In this document: piece after piece, positions 49,531 to 59,200 of the stretch | How the letters are laid out: each line of letters opens with the position of its first letter | Numbering within the stretch: the first letter of the stretch is position 1 | Virus record (IMG/VR): IMGVR_UViG_3300008110_000034 | Location: 64,001 to 128,000 of that record | Reading direction: 5' to 3' (one strand) | DNA: 64,000 nt | Origin: a virus | Made by a program: the position numbers and the translations under genes | The notes under the pieces: model-generated | Seen by the model: the letters and a program-made list of their open reading frames with translations, nothing else | What the model was told of the DNA's origin: nothing | Database searches by the model: none

Positions 49531-50397
49531 ATGACTGATCGCGCTAAATTCGAGCAGATGCTTGAATACCTAATTAACGAAGACCAAGAAAAAGCCAAAG
49601 AAATTTTTCACACTATTGTAGTAGAAAAATCTCGCGAAATCTATGAAAATCTTTTAGCAGAAGACTTTGACGATATTGAAGAAGCTAAAGATGAAGACGA
49701 CGAAGAAGTAGACGAGTCTACTGGCGACGAAGACGACGAAGAAATGGAAGAAAATTTTGCGTTTGACGAAGCAGGCGACGACATGGAAATGAGCATGGAC
49801 GACGAAGATGATGATTCAATGGATGCTACAGATGATTTCATGGGCGATATTGAAGCAGGCGACGACATGGACGGCGAAGGCGATGTAGAAGATCGCGTAC
49901 AAGATTTAGAAGATGCTCTAGAAGATCTAAAAGCAGAATTTGAAAAACTAATGTCCGATGACGACATGGGTGACGACATGGGCGGTGACGACATGGGCGA
50001 CGACGACATGGATATGGGCATGGACGACGAAGAAGATTCAAAAATGGAAGATGATATGTTTATGCGTGAGTACGTAGAAAAAGTACCAGCAGGACATGGC
50101 GCTGAAAAGAAAGGCGCAGGCGAAAAAGCTGACAACACAAAAAGCATTGTAGCTGGTAAAAATAATATGGGCGGAACAACTGCTAATATTACAAAAGGCG
50201 GAGTAGAACCTGAAAGTGCAAGCACCAAAGGTGGACTATTAAATCCTTCAACCAAAGAAAACAATGCAGGTAATGTTAACACTCCAGGCAGCAAAAGTGC
50301 TACCAAGTGGAACAATACCAAAGGTCACGGCGCAGAAAAAAAGGGCGCAGGTGAAGTAGGCGGAACAAATACAAAAAGTATTATTGGCCGCCGTTAA
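49531..50397 (+). CDS. Highly acidic prohead core / internal protein (gp67/gp68 position)
   Basis: Asp/Glu/Met low-complexity centre; lies between portal and protease as in T4-like head operons. Confidence 0.65.
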   Translation: MTDRAKFEQMLEYLINEDQEKAKEIFHTIVVEKSREIYENLLAEDFDDIEEAKDEDDEEVDESTGDEDDEEMEENFAFDEAGDDMEMSMDDEDDDSMDATDDFMGDIEAGDDMDGEGDVEDRVQDLEDALEDLKAEFEKLMSDDDMGDDMGGDDMGDDDMDMGMDDEEDSKMEDDMFMREYVEKVPAGHGAEKKGAGEKADNTKSIVAGKNNMGGTTANITKGGVEPESASTKGGLLNPSTKENNAGNVNTPGSKSATKWNNTKGHGAEKKGAGEVGGTNTKSIIGRR

Positions 50398-50409
50398 TAG
50401 GATCGTTAG

Positions 50410-51045
50410 ATGACAATAACATCATACCTAAGAGAAAATTTATCGTTTGATCAGGCGAAGATTATCGTTGAGTCTGATCCGCACGATGGCAAAAATCTTT
50501 ACATGAAAGGTATTTGCATTCAGGGCGGAATTAGAAATCAAAATCAACGAGTTTATCCTGTAAACGAGATCGGCAAGGCTGTCAAGACCCTCAATGATCA
50601 AATCGGCGGTGGATATTCGGTTTTAGGTGAAGTTGATCATCCTGACGATTTGAAAGTAAATTTGGACAGAGTTAGCCACATGATTACTGAGATGTGGATG
50701 GACGGTCCAAATGGTTATGGAAAATTAAAGATTCTACCTACCCCAATGGGCCAATTAGTTAAGACCATGTTGGAGAGTGGAGTCAAATTAGGAGTATCGA
50801 GTCGCGGATCCGGAAACGTCAAAGAAGACGGTTCCGGTGAAGTGTCAGATTTTGAGATCATCACAGTTGATGTGGTGGCTCAACCAAGTGCTCCAGGCGC
50901 TTACCCTACACCAATTTATGAACATTTGATGAATACCCGAGGAGGGTATCGCAGCATACGTGTTGCTAAAGAGGTGCAAGGTGACCCTAGAGCGCAGCAG
51001 TATCTCAAAGAGAGCTTATTAGGTATAATAAGCAAACTCCAATAA
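50410..51045 (+). CDS. gp21: Prohead core protease
   Basis: NQNQRVYP, LGEVDHP, RVSHMI, LGVSSRGSG, DVVAQPSAPGAYP. Confidence 0.95.
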   Translation: MTITSYLRENLSFDQAKIIVESDPHDGKNLYMKGICIQGGIRNQNQRVYPVNEIGKAVKTLNDQIGGGYSVLGEVDHPDDLKVNLDRVSHMITEMWMDGPNGYGKLKILPTPMGQLVKTMLESGVKLGVSSRGSGNVKEDGSGEVSDFEIITVDVVAQPSAPGAYPTPIYEHLMNTRGGYRSIRVAKEVQGDPRAQQYLKESLLGIISKLQ

Positions 51046-51057
51046 AAGGAGAATCAC

Positions 51058-52152
51058 ATGTTGGAAGCACTAAAAACCCTGATGGAAAACAATGTGATTT
51101 CGGAAGAGATCAAAGCAGAGATTGAGGCTGCTTGGGATGCGAGACTTACAGAGAATCGCGAACAAGTAACCCAACAACTACGCGAAGAATTTGCACAACG
51201 CTATGAGCATGACAAAGAAGTTATGGTGGAAGCCATTGACCGTATGTTAACTGATAGACTAGCAGAAGAAATCGCAGAGTTTGAAGATGATCGCAGAGGC
51301 TTAGCAGAAGCAAAAGCCAAGTATGCAGTTAAAATGAAAAAAGATGCTGAAAAAGTGAAAGAGTTTATTGCTCGTCAACTAGCAGCTGAAGTTCGTGAAT
51401 TGCATGAAGATCAAGTTCAAATGGCTGACAAGTTTATGAAACTTGAAAGCTTTGTTGTCGAAGCTTTGGCTCAAGAAATTGCAGAATTTTACGCAGACAA
51501 ACAAGACCTAGCAGAGACTAAAGTACGAGTAGTACGCGAAGGTCGTGAGCAATTTGAAAAGATTAAAGAGGCATTTATTAAGAGAGCAGCAAAATTAGTT
51601 GAAGCTACAGTTGAAAAAGGTCTAACTCAAGAACTAAAACAACTGAAAGAAGATATCGATGTTGCTCGTAAAAATGATTTTGGACGTAAAGTGTTTGAAG
51701 CATTCGCTAGCGAATACCAAACAAGTTACCTAAGCGAAAAATCAGAAACATCAAAACTGCTAAAAATCGTAGACAAAAAAGATTTAGAAGTTGCTGAAGC
51801 TAAAGCAAGAGCAGCAGAAGCACAAAAAATTGTCGAAGGTAAAAATGCAGAAATTAAAGCTCTTATGGAGAGCAAAGAACGTCAATCAGCAATGAACGAA
51901 TTATTAAGTCCGCTAAGTGCAGACCATAAAGAAATCATGGTTGAATTGTTAGAAAGCGTACAGACATCAAAACTACATGATAGTTTTAATAAGTACCTAC
52001 CAGCCGTAATAGCTGGCAATGCTCCACAGAAGAAACAGGCACTTGTCGAGGCAAAAGAAGTTACAGGTAACAAAAACGAAAATCAATTCGGTAGTAGCGA
52101 GAACGACTCAAATATTGTAGATATACGACGTCTCGCTGGATTAAAAATTTAA
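51058..52152 (+). CDS. gp22: Prohead scaffolding protein
   Basis: Acidic coiled-coil protein between protease and major capsid protein; ends IRRLAGLKI. Confidence 0.85.
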   Translation: MLEALKTLMENNVISEEIKAEIEAAWDARLTENREQVTQQLREEFAQRYEHDKEVMVEAIDRMLTDRLAEEIAEFEDDRRGLAEAKAKYAVKMKKDAEKVKEFIARQLAAEVRELHEDQVQMADKFMKLESFVVEALAQEIAEFYADKQDLAETKVRVVREGREQFEKIKEAFIKRAAKLVEATVEKGLTQELKQLKEDIDVARKNDFGRKVFEAFASEYQTSYLSEKSETSKLLKIVDKKDLEVAEAKARAAEAQKIVEGKNAEIKALMESKERQSAMNELLSPLSADHKEIMVELLESVQTSKLHDSFNKYLPAVIAGNAPQKKQALVEAKEVTGNKNENQFGSSENDSNIVDIRRLAGLKI

Positions 52153-52163
52153 GGAGAAATTAA

Positions 52164-53330
52164 ATGTCAGAACTACTACACGGCCGTTGGAATGAAACAA
52201 GAGAGGCCCTTTTAGAAGGTCTTTCCGGCACTCGTAGATCAACAATGTCAATCACTCTTGAGAATACTCGTAAGTATTTGATGGAGAGTCCTTCTGCTGG
52301 TGCTACTTCTGCTGGAAACGTTGCAACACTGAATCGCGTTATTCTACCGGTTATCCGCCGAGTAATGCCAACAGTTATTGCTAACGAACTAGTTGGTGTA
52401 CAACCAATGACTGGACCTGTTGGTCAAATTCACACTTTACGTGTTCGCTATGCTACAACTTCAGCAGGTGCTGGTGTTGTTGCTGGTGAAGAAGCATTAA
52501 GCCCATTCAAGATTGCTGAAGCATATTCCGGTAACGAAAGTACCGGTAAAGGTGCATCAACAGCAACTCTAGAAGGTGCTGCTGGAAACAAACTAAGCAT
52601 CCAAATCCTAAAGCAAACTGTCGAGGCAAAAACTCGTAAGTTAAGTGCTCGTTGGACTTTTGAAGCTGCTCAAGATGCACAAGCTCAACAAGGCATTGAC
52701 ATCGAAGCAGAAATCATGGCTGCTTTAGCACAAGAAATTACCGCTGAAATCGATCAAGAAGTTCTAGCTAGTCTAACAACTCTTGCTGGTTCAGCTGTTG
52801 AAACATACAACCAAGCTGCTGTATCAGGTACAGCTACATTCGTTGGTGACGAACACGCTGCATTAGCTGTTCAAATCAATCGTGTTGCTAACTTGATCGC
52901 TCAGCGTACACGTCGCGGTGCTGGTAACTGGGCAGTTGTTAGCCCAACAGCATTAACAATCCTTCAAAGTGCTACAACTTCTGCGTTCGCAAGAACAACA
53001 GAAGGTACATTCGAAGCACCTACAAACACTAAGTTTGTTGGTACATTGAACAGTGCAATGAAGATCTATGTAAACAGCTATGCAACTACTGATAACGTTC
53101 TAGTTGGTTACAAAGGTACAAGCGAAAGTGATGCTGCTGCATTCTACTGCCCATATATTCCATTAATGAGCAGTGGTGTTGTTCTAGATCCAGCAACATT
53201 CGAACCAGTCGTAAGCTTTATGACTCGTTATGGATATGTTGAATTAAGCAACACAGCAAGTTCTTTAGGTAACGCAGCTGACTACCTAGGTCTTGTTAAC
53301 ATCACTACAGCTAACGTTAAGTTTAGCTAA
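52164..53330 (+). CDS. gp23: Major capsid protein
   Basis: LPVIRRVMPTVIANELVGVQPMTGPVGQIHTLR, TVEAKTRKLSARWTFEAAQD, EITAEIDQE, FYCPYIPL, FMTRYG. Confidence 0.97.
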   Translation: MSELLHGRWNETREALLEGLSGTRRSTMSITLENTRKYLMESPSAGATSAGNVATLNRVILPVIRRVMPTVIANELVGVQPMTGPVGQIHTLRVRYATTSAGAGVVAGEEALSPFKIAEAYSGNESTGKGASTATLEGAAGNKLSIQILKQTVEAKTRKLSARWTFEAAQDAQAQQGIDIEAEIMAALAQEITAEIDQEVLASLTTLAGSAVETYNQAAVSGTATFVGDEHAALAVQINRVANLIAQRTRRGAGNWAVVSPTALTILQSATTSAFARTTEGTFEAPTNTKFVGTLNSAMKIYVNSYATTDNVLVGYKGTSESDAAAFYCPYIPLMSSGVVLDPATFEPVVSFMTRYGYVELSNTASSLGNAADYLGLVNITTANVKFS

Positions 53331-53360
53331 TCTAAAAACTTTACAAAAGTTTTTAATTTT

Positions 53361-53389
53361 AAAAAGGGCTCTTCGGAGTCCTTTTTTTT
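53361..53389 (+). terminator. Rho-independent terminator after the major capsid gene
   Basis: GGGCTC-TTCG-GAGTCC stem (cUUCGg tetraloop) followed by T8. Confidence 0.9.
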
Positions 53390-53390
53390 A

Positions 53391-53398
53391 GGTAAATA
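53391..53398 (+). promoter_or_regulatory. Late promoter (GGTAAATA) restarting transcription after the terminator
   Basis: TAAATA core directly after the T run and before the ATG at 53404. Confidence 0.5.
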
Positions 53399-53403
53399 TT
53401 TTT

Positions 53404-53916
53404 ATGCTTACTGAAATTAGAAAAACCCCACAAACTATTTTTCAAATGCCAACCGGCGACGACAATGTAAATTGGACAAACTTAGATGCAATAAAAAGAC
53501 CTGATGGGTTTGCACTTACTGATAAAGAATTATACTATATTTCTGGAGTCACTAATGTAAGTTTTAGAAATTCTGCAGCACAAGTCTGGGCAACAGAATT
53601 TAATTTTGAAAATTTAGGTACTATTTTAGGAATAGAAGTTCAACTAGTTACACAACGTCTTTCAAGAATACAAGATAAACTTATATCTTTATGTTATCAA
53701 GATCAAATCATAGAGGAAAACAAGTTTAATCTTAAAGCTGAAAATGATCAAACTTACGGATCAAATAACGATCTATGGGGCAGAGTTTGGACAGCCGAAG
53801 AAATCCAAGATCCATCGTTTGGTGTAGTAATAGAACTACAACCTCATTTATTTTACCCCCACAGTGAGCTAGGTCTAATAGATTTTATAGCTATTAAAAT
53901 ATACCACGATTCGTAG
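53404..53916 (+). CDS. Hypothetical beta-sandwich-like protein, probably virion-associated
   Basis: Late-promoter context; GIEV...TYGSNNDLWGRVWTAEEIQDPSFGV. Confidence 0.6.
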   Translation: MLTEIRKTPQTIFQMPTGDDNVNWTNLDAIKRPDGFALTDKELYYISGVTNVSFRNSAAQVWATEFNFENLGTILGIEVQLVTQRLSRIQDKLISLCYQDQIIEENKFNLKAENDQTYGSNNDLWGRVWTAEEIQDPSFGVVIELQPHLFYPHSELGLIDFIAIKIYHDS

Positions 53917-53929
53917 AAATCTCCGCACG

Positions 53930-54022
53930 GATAAATACTATGTCTATTATAGAACTCAGCAATGAGACTTATGCGGTAGCCCGCCGCGTAGACTTAGAAC
54001 GTCAACATAAAGGAGAAAACAA
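53930..54022 (+). promoter_or_regulatory. Late promoter (GATAAATA, 53930-53937) plus structured 5' leader
   Basis: Hairpin TATGCGG/CCGCGTA (53970-53990), AGACTTA direct repeats and an AAGGAG RBS. Confidence 0.55.
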
Positions 54023-54439
54023 ATGGGACGCCCTCTTAACAAAAGACACTTCGGGTCTTTAAGCAACGAAAATCCAGATCAATCAATCAAATGTAACTTC
54101 CACGATGGAACTGCTATTAGACAGGATAGAAATATTCTAAAGCAGACAAGTCGTAATAAATTTGCTTGTAAAAACAATACCACAGGTTCTAACTCAGCCG
54201 TTACTACAATTGAAGCAGAAATAACTGCTGGTACAGCATTTGTCTGTACTAATGTTGACGTAGCAACTGGTTCATTAACTGCTGGACAAATGAATATTAT
54301 TGGTGCCGTAGTTGGCGCAGGATCTGTTAGAGTTAAAAGACTAACAGCGCACTATGCATACGACTGGAGTGACAATCGTTATACATGGACTGTTGACGAC
54401 GATTCAACATCGACACAGTTAACATTAACCGCAGTATAA
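54023..54439 (+). CDS. Virion structural protein (hypothetical)
   Basis: Strong RBS AAGGAG; first gene after the structured late leader. Confidence 0.7.
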   Translation: MGRPLNKRHFGSLSNENPDQSIKCNFHDGTAIRQDRNILKQTSRNKFACKNNTTGSNSAVTTIEAEITAGTAFVCTNVDVATGSLTAGQMNIIGAVVGAGSVRVKRLTAHYAYDWSDNRYTWTVDDDSTSTQLTLTAV

Positions 54440-54452
54440 TTAGGAAATAAAC

Positions 54453-55445
54453 ATGTCAAAGATAGTTAGAGTAACTGGCGGCGACTACAAAATAGTCGTT
54501 GATAATGGTAGTAGTATATTTTTAGATACGTCGGACGGAAATGGGCTTATTACCGTAAACGGCGATCTATTAGTTACCGGATCAACGACTACAGTTCAGT
54601 CAACTAATCTAACTGTCACTGACAATGTTATTGAAATTAATGCCGGCGAACAAGGTAACGGAGTTTCTCAAAACGGGAACTCTGCCGGTGTTAATATTCA
54701 ACGTGGTGCGTACAGCGATGCAAGATTATTGTTTAAAGAAACAGAATCTCATTACGATCCTTCAACTGCTCTAACTACTTTTGGTACATGGGTTTTTGAG
54801 GAAGCTGACGGATCTTTATTAGGTATTAAAACTAACAGCATTAAAACAGGAACCAATCAAGATCTAAATCTTATAGGTAACGGTACTGGAGTTATAACAG
54901 TTAAAAATACAGTTAACTACGAACAACAAGTTATTAACTATAGTGCGATTCCGTATACAAGTAAAGGCGATGATATAGTTCCAAACATGAAAGCATTAGT
55001 AGATTATGTACAATCTTATGTAACTAATACTACTAGTGATAGAATAAAATCAGGAAGCAATCCGTTAATTACATCAGTTCAAGTAACAGATACTGGCGCA
55101 GTATCTTTAGCAAATAAAGTTGATTTTCTAGTACACGGAGTACAGAAAGCCTTTATTAACTCAACTGGTCTTAATGTAAACAATTTAAATTTATCTAGCA
55201 GTACTGTTACAACTACTACAGGTAATTTAATTATTACAGCAACTACAAATAATATTGATTTTGATGCTTATATGAATTTAGAAAATCAAGCATCTGACCC
55301 TGCACTAAGAGCTGGCTACAAAAAGATTTACGCAAAAGCAGGAGAAGGCAACGGCGGCACAGGATTATATTTTATTAACGAAGGCGGAACAACAGATGAA
55401 TTAATCAGTAAAACAAAATCTTTGTTGTACTCATTAATTTTATAA
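54453..55445 (+). CDS. Virion structural protein (fibre/neck-associated)
   Basis: VNGDLLVTGSTTTVQSTNLTVTDNVIEINAGE fibre-type motif, also present in 9772..11691; ends KSLLYSLIL. Confidence 0.65.
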   Translation: MSKIVRVTGGDYKIVVDNGSSIFLDTSDGNGLITVNGDLLVTGSTTTVQSTNLTVTDNVIEINAGEQGNGVSQNGNSAGVNIQRGAYSDARLLFKETESHYDPSTALTTFGTWVFEEADGSLLGIKTNSIKTGTNQDLNLIGNGTGVITVKNTVNYEQQVINYSAIPYTSKGDDIVPNMKALVDYVQSYVTNTTSDRIKSGSNPLITSVQVTDTGAVSLANKVDFLVHGVQKAFINSTGLNVNNLNLSSSTVTTTTGNLIITATTNNIDFDAYMNLENQASDPALRAGYKKIYAKAGEGNGGTGLYFINEGGTTDELISKTKSLLYSLIL

Positions 55446-55454
55446 GGAATTCAA

Positions 55455-55772
55455 ATGGCAATTAAAAACACACTTTTAACTGGAAGTAATCAAAACATAA
55501 TTCCTACAATTGCAGCAGGTACTAGTATTGCAGTGACTACAGTATTTTTATGTAATAATAGTGGTGCAGGTGTAACCGTAGACTTATATGTTTGCGAGCC
55601 ATCAGCATCACCTAGTGCAACTAATATAGTATTGAGTGCTGTACCAATTGATCCAAACGATACATTTGTGTTTTCAGCAGAAAGAATGATTTTATCAACC
55701 AACAGTTCTATTCAAGCTAGTTGTTCAACACCTAGCGTAGTAGCAGCGACAGTGAGTTATGTGGATATTTAA
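55455..55772 (+). CDS. Small beta-rich virion protein
   Basis: AVTTVFLCN...DTFVFSAERMIL...ATVSY. Confidence 0.6.
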   Translation: MAIKNTLLTGSNQNIIPTIAAGTSIAVTTVFLCNNSGAGVTVDLYVCEPSASPSATNIVLSAVPIDPNDTFVFSAERMILSTNSSIQASCSTPSVVAATVSYVDI

Positions 55773-55774
55773 TT

Positions 55775-56269
55775 ATGGCAGGTACACTATTAAGACAAAG
55801 TTTAAGTGGTAATTTAATAACTGCTAACAGACTAGTAGTTACGTCTGACGGCAATATTGAGCTAAATCCAACTTCAACAGTAACAGTAAATGGCGGTTTA
55901 CTAGTTGCAAACACTATTCAAGCATCATCATTAACTTTATCTGGGACAATATCTGCAACTGGCGGACTGATTGGAGACTTAATAGGTTCAGTATTTGCTG
56001 ACGATTCAACTACAATTATTGACGGACTGACCGGTAATGTATATGCAACCGAATTAAGTTTAGGAACAGATTTAGCAGTGCAATATGGAGGCACTGGCGC
56101 TGGAACATTTACAGCGAACGGTATAATATTTGGAAACACTACTGGCGCATTACAAGTTACTGCCGCTAGTAATCCAGGATCAAATGCCACAACAAGTTAT
56201 GGAATTTTAACCACTGACGGTTCAAACATACCAACATGGACAGACGTCATTGACGGAGGAACAATTTAA
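55775..56269 (+). CDS. Fibre-like structural protein
   Basis: LAVQYGGTGAGTFTANGIIFGN repeat; ends IDGGTI. Confidence 0.6.
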   Translation: MAGTLLRQSLSGNLITANRLVVTSDGNIELNPTSTVTVNGGLLVANTIQASSLTLSGTISATGGLIGDLIGSVFADDSTTIIDGLTGNVYATELSLGTDLAVQYGGTGAGTFTANGIIFGNTTGALQVTAASNPGSNATTSYGILTTDGSNIPTWTDVIDGGTI

Positions 56270-59200
56270 TGTCAACTCGTATTAGACACAAACGGTCAAC
56301 AACATCTGGTGTAGCTCCCACAGGCGTGCAACTTGACACTGGAGAATTTGTAATTAATACGGCTGACGGTAAAGTTTTCATTAAAAAAGAAGATACAACT
56401 GTTAGTGATATTACAAAACGATCATTCCAAGGCGACACAAAAATAGAAGCTTACGATGATGGTGTTACAACAAGCAATATTAAGGCTACAATTGACGGCG
56501 CTGATCAACTTATCATAACCCCAACAGAAGTCCAATCGCACGGCGACATTGTAGTCGAAAATGCCAACAGTATAAAATTAAGTGAACTTACTGCCAATGG
56601 CTCCAATTATATAGGCATCAAAGCACCTGACACTCTTATTGCAGATTACACCTTAACATTACCTACAGCAACAGGATCTATTGGACAAGTATTAGGAACT
56701 GATGGATCAGGTAATCTTAGTTTTAGAGATGTAGATACATTTGGCGGTAATAGAATTTATGTGTCAGATGCTAAAGGTAACGATTTAAATGACGGAGTTA
56801 GTGCTCCGGTTAAAACTGTTAAACGTGCGCTACAACTAGCTTCGGCACTTGTTTACACGTCGGGGGGAGCAGTTAACGGTACTAGAGTAATTGTTTCAGT
56901 AGCAGCCGGCGACTATTCTGAAGACAACCCAATTATTGTACCAGACAATGTTGTTGTTAAAGGTGACGGTCTAAGAAGTTGTATTATTAGACCACTGAAT
57001 GCAAATAAAGATATGTTACGTGTGCGTAACGGTTGTTATTTTGCAGAAATGACATTTAGAGATGCAGTTGATGCCAGCTTTGTTCCGCAATTTACATGGG
57101 ACTATACAGTATCGTTTGACGATTACACCGATGCAGGTACTAGCAGAGTAGGTTACACATATCTACCAAGCACAAAACCAGTTATTACAACTTCTCCATA
57201 CATTCAGAACTGTTCTATTATCAGTTTCTTAGGCGGTAATGGTGTATTGATTGACGGTAGTAAAGTTATAGATCCTAACACTTCACCGACCCAGTTAGAA
57301 GTTGAAAATCCCGTAAGCGGTCCGGCACCAAGTCAAGGTAAATCCATGGTTGCTAATGCGTTTACCATGTTAAGTTTTGGCGGTACAGGTTGGCGAGTTA
57401 TTAACGATGCATACTCTCAGATTGTTAGCTGTTTCCAAATTTTCTTACTTAACGGTGTTTACTGTCAAAGCGGCGGCTATGTTTCGATCACTAACTCTGC
57501 TACTAACTTTGGTCTATATGCCTTAAGATCTAGCGGTTACAGTCCTAGTGCATTTGATTTTGATAAGTCGATAGCAGTTGCTACAGGTACAGTTGACGGT
57601 TTTCAGACTTTAGAAATAATCGGGTTAGGACGAGCAGGTCCTCCAATTGAACAATTTGTAATCAGAGTCAGAGACGGCTCAAATGTTGACATTACCAGCA
57701 GTTTTGCACCAGCAACTACTACAGTGTCATTTAATTCTGCTACTGCTGTAGATACTGTAACAAATATTTTTACAATTAACAGTCACGGATTTTTAAACAC
57801 TGATGCAGTAGTATACGACGCCAATGGCGGAACTATAATTAGTGGGCTTGACGACGAACAAACATATTATATAGGGTATTTGACTGCTAATACATTTAAA
57901 TTATTTTATGATGAAAGTTTAGCATTTGAAGTTAATGTTCTAGCAGTAGGATCAGGAACCCAATACTTTATTACAGGTGTTGAAGAGTTCTTCGTAAATG
58001 ATATCATTGAAGATCATACCACTTATCAAACACTTACACTAGCAGCTGGAGTGTATAATTTTGTTCCAGGAAGAGCAATTACCGGAGTAACCGGAGCCGA
58101 TCCAAACAGTGCATATGTTTATAGTTATGATCCTTTGACCTATGAACTGGTAGTTTCTATTAATAATGTTATCATCGGCTCTAGTACTGTAAGAAAATTA
58201 TTCACAGGATCTAGTACAATTGACGCTGATCATACTAACCCTACTCCAGTGACTTCTATTGGGGTATCGTCAGTTGTGTCAAAAACTGATTTAGGTAGTG
58301 CAAGATTTTCAATTAATTGTACACAAGTTGGCGGAGTATTAACTAATCTAAGCAATTTACCAGAAAATCAAATCTGGTTCCATAGACCAAGTATTGTTAA
58401 TAGTTCAGGACACACCTGGGAATACGCTGGTTCAGGAACAGACTATAATGCGTTACCACAAAACGGCGGTGAAGGCAGAGCAGAATATGAACAAGTTCGA
58501 GAATTACCTGGACGAGTTTATACTTCAGGTACTAACGAACTAGGCGACTTTAAAGTTGGTGATTTTATTACAGCGTTTAACAGAACAGGTAATATTACAT
58601 TTAATAATAAAGTTACTGTAGGTACTTTAGATACTTTAAGATTAAGTTTATCAAATGTTATTATTACAGCGATTTCAACAGATCCTGATTTAGGCGACAA
58701 TGATCCAGGCGGTGCTAGCGACAGTAGACTTAATACTCAGTTAGCTGCTAGATCGTTCATGAACAATAGACTAGGTCCGTTTATTGACCAAAGCGTAAGC
58801 ACAAATGCAATTCCGGGAGCATTAATTCAATTAAATGCTAACGGATTGATCAACAGCGATTTATTACCAGCTACACGAACATTTGTAAGTACAACCGTGC
58901 TTGGTTACGGAGAAAGAGTAAATCAGTGGGAAGATGTTCCTCCGTCAGATTTGTTAAACGGTGATATTACTAGCGAAGAATACGAACAAAGAAATTTAAC
59001 TCTAAGTTCTGCAATAACAGCATCTGATGGTGCAGTAATTACACAGGCAGTTACTGGAGCAACAGGATATTTAAAAGGGTCAGTAACTAGTTCGACTAGC
59101 ATTGTAGTTGCAAGTACAAGAGATACTTTTAATGCAACATTTAATGCTGTAAACAATTTAACTATTAACGGGGATGCAACTCCGTCAGATACTAACACTG

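Noticed and set aside
49641-50321. 226-aa Ser-rich antisense ORF
   Set aside because: It is a shadow of the Asp/Glu/Met-rich prohead protein on the + strand (reverse complements of GAC/GAT/GAA codons). It has no RBS or promoter.
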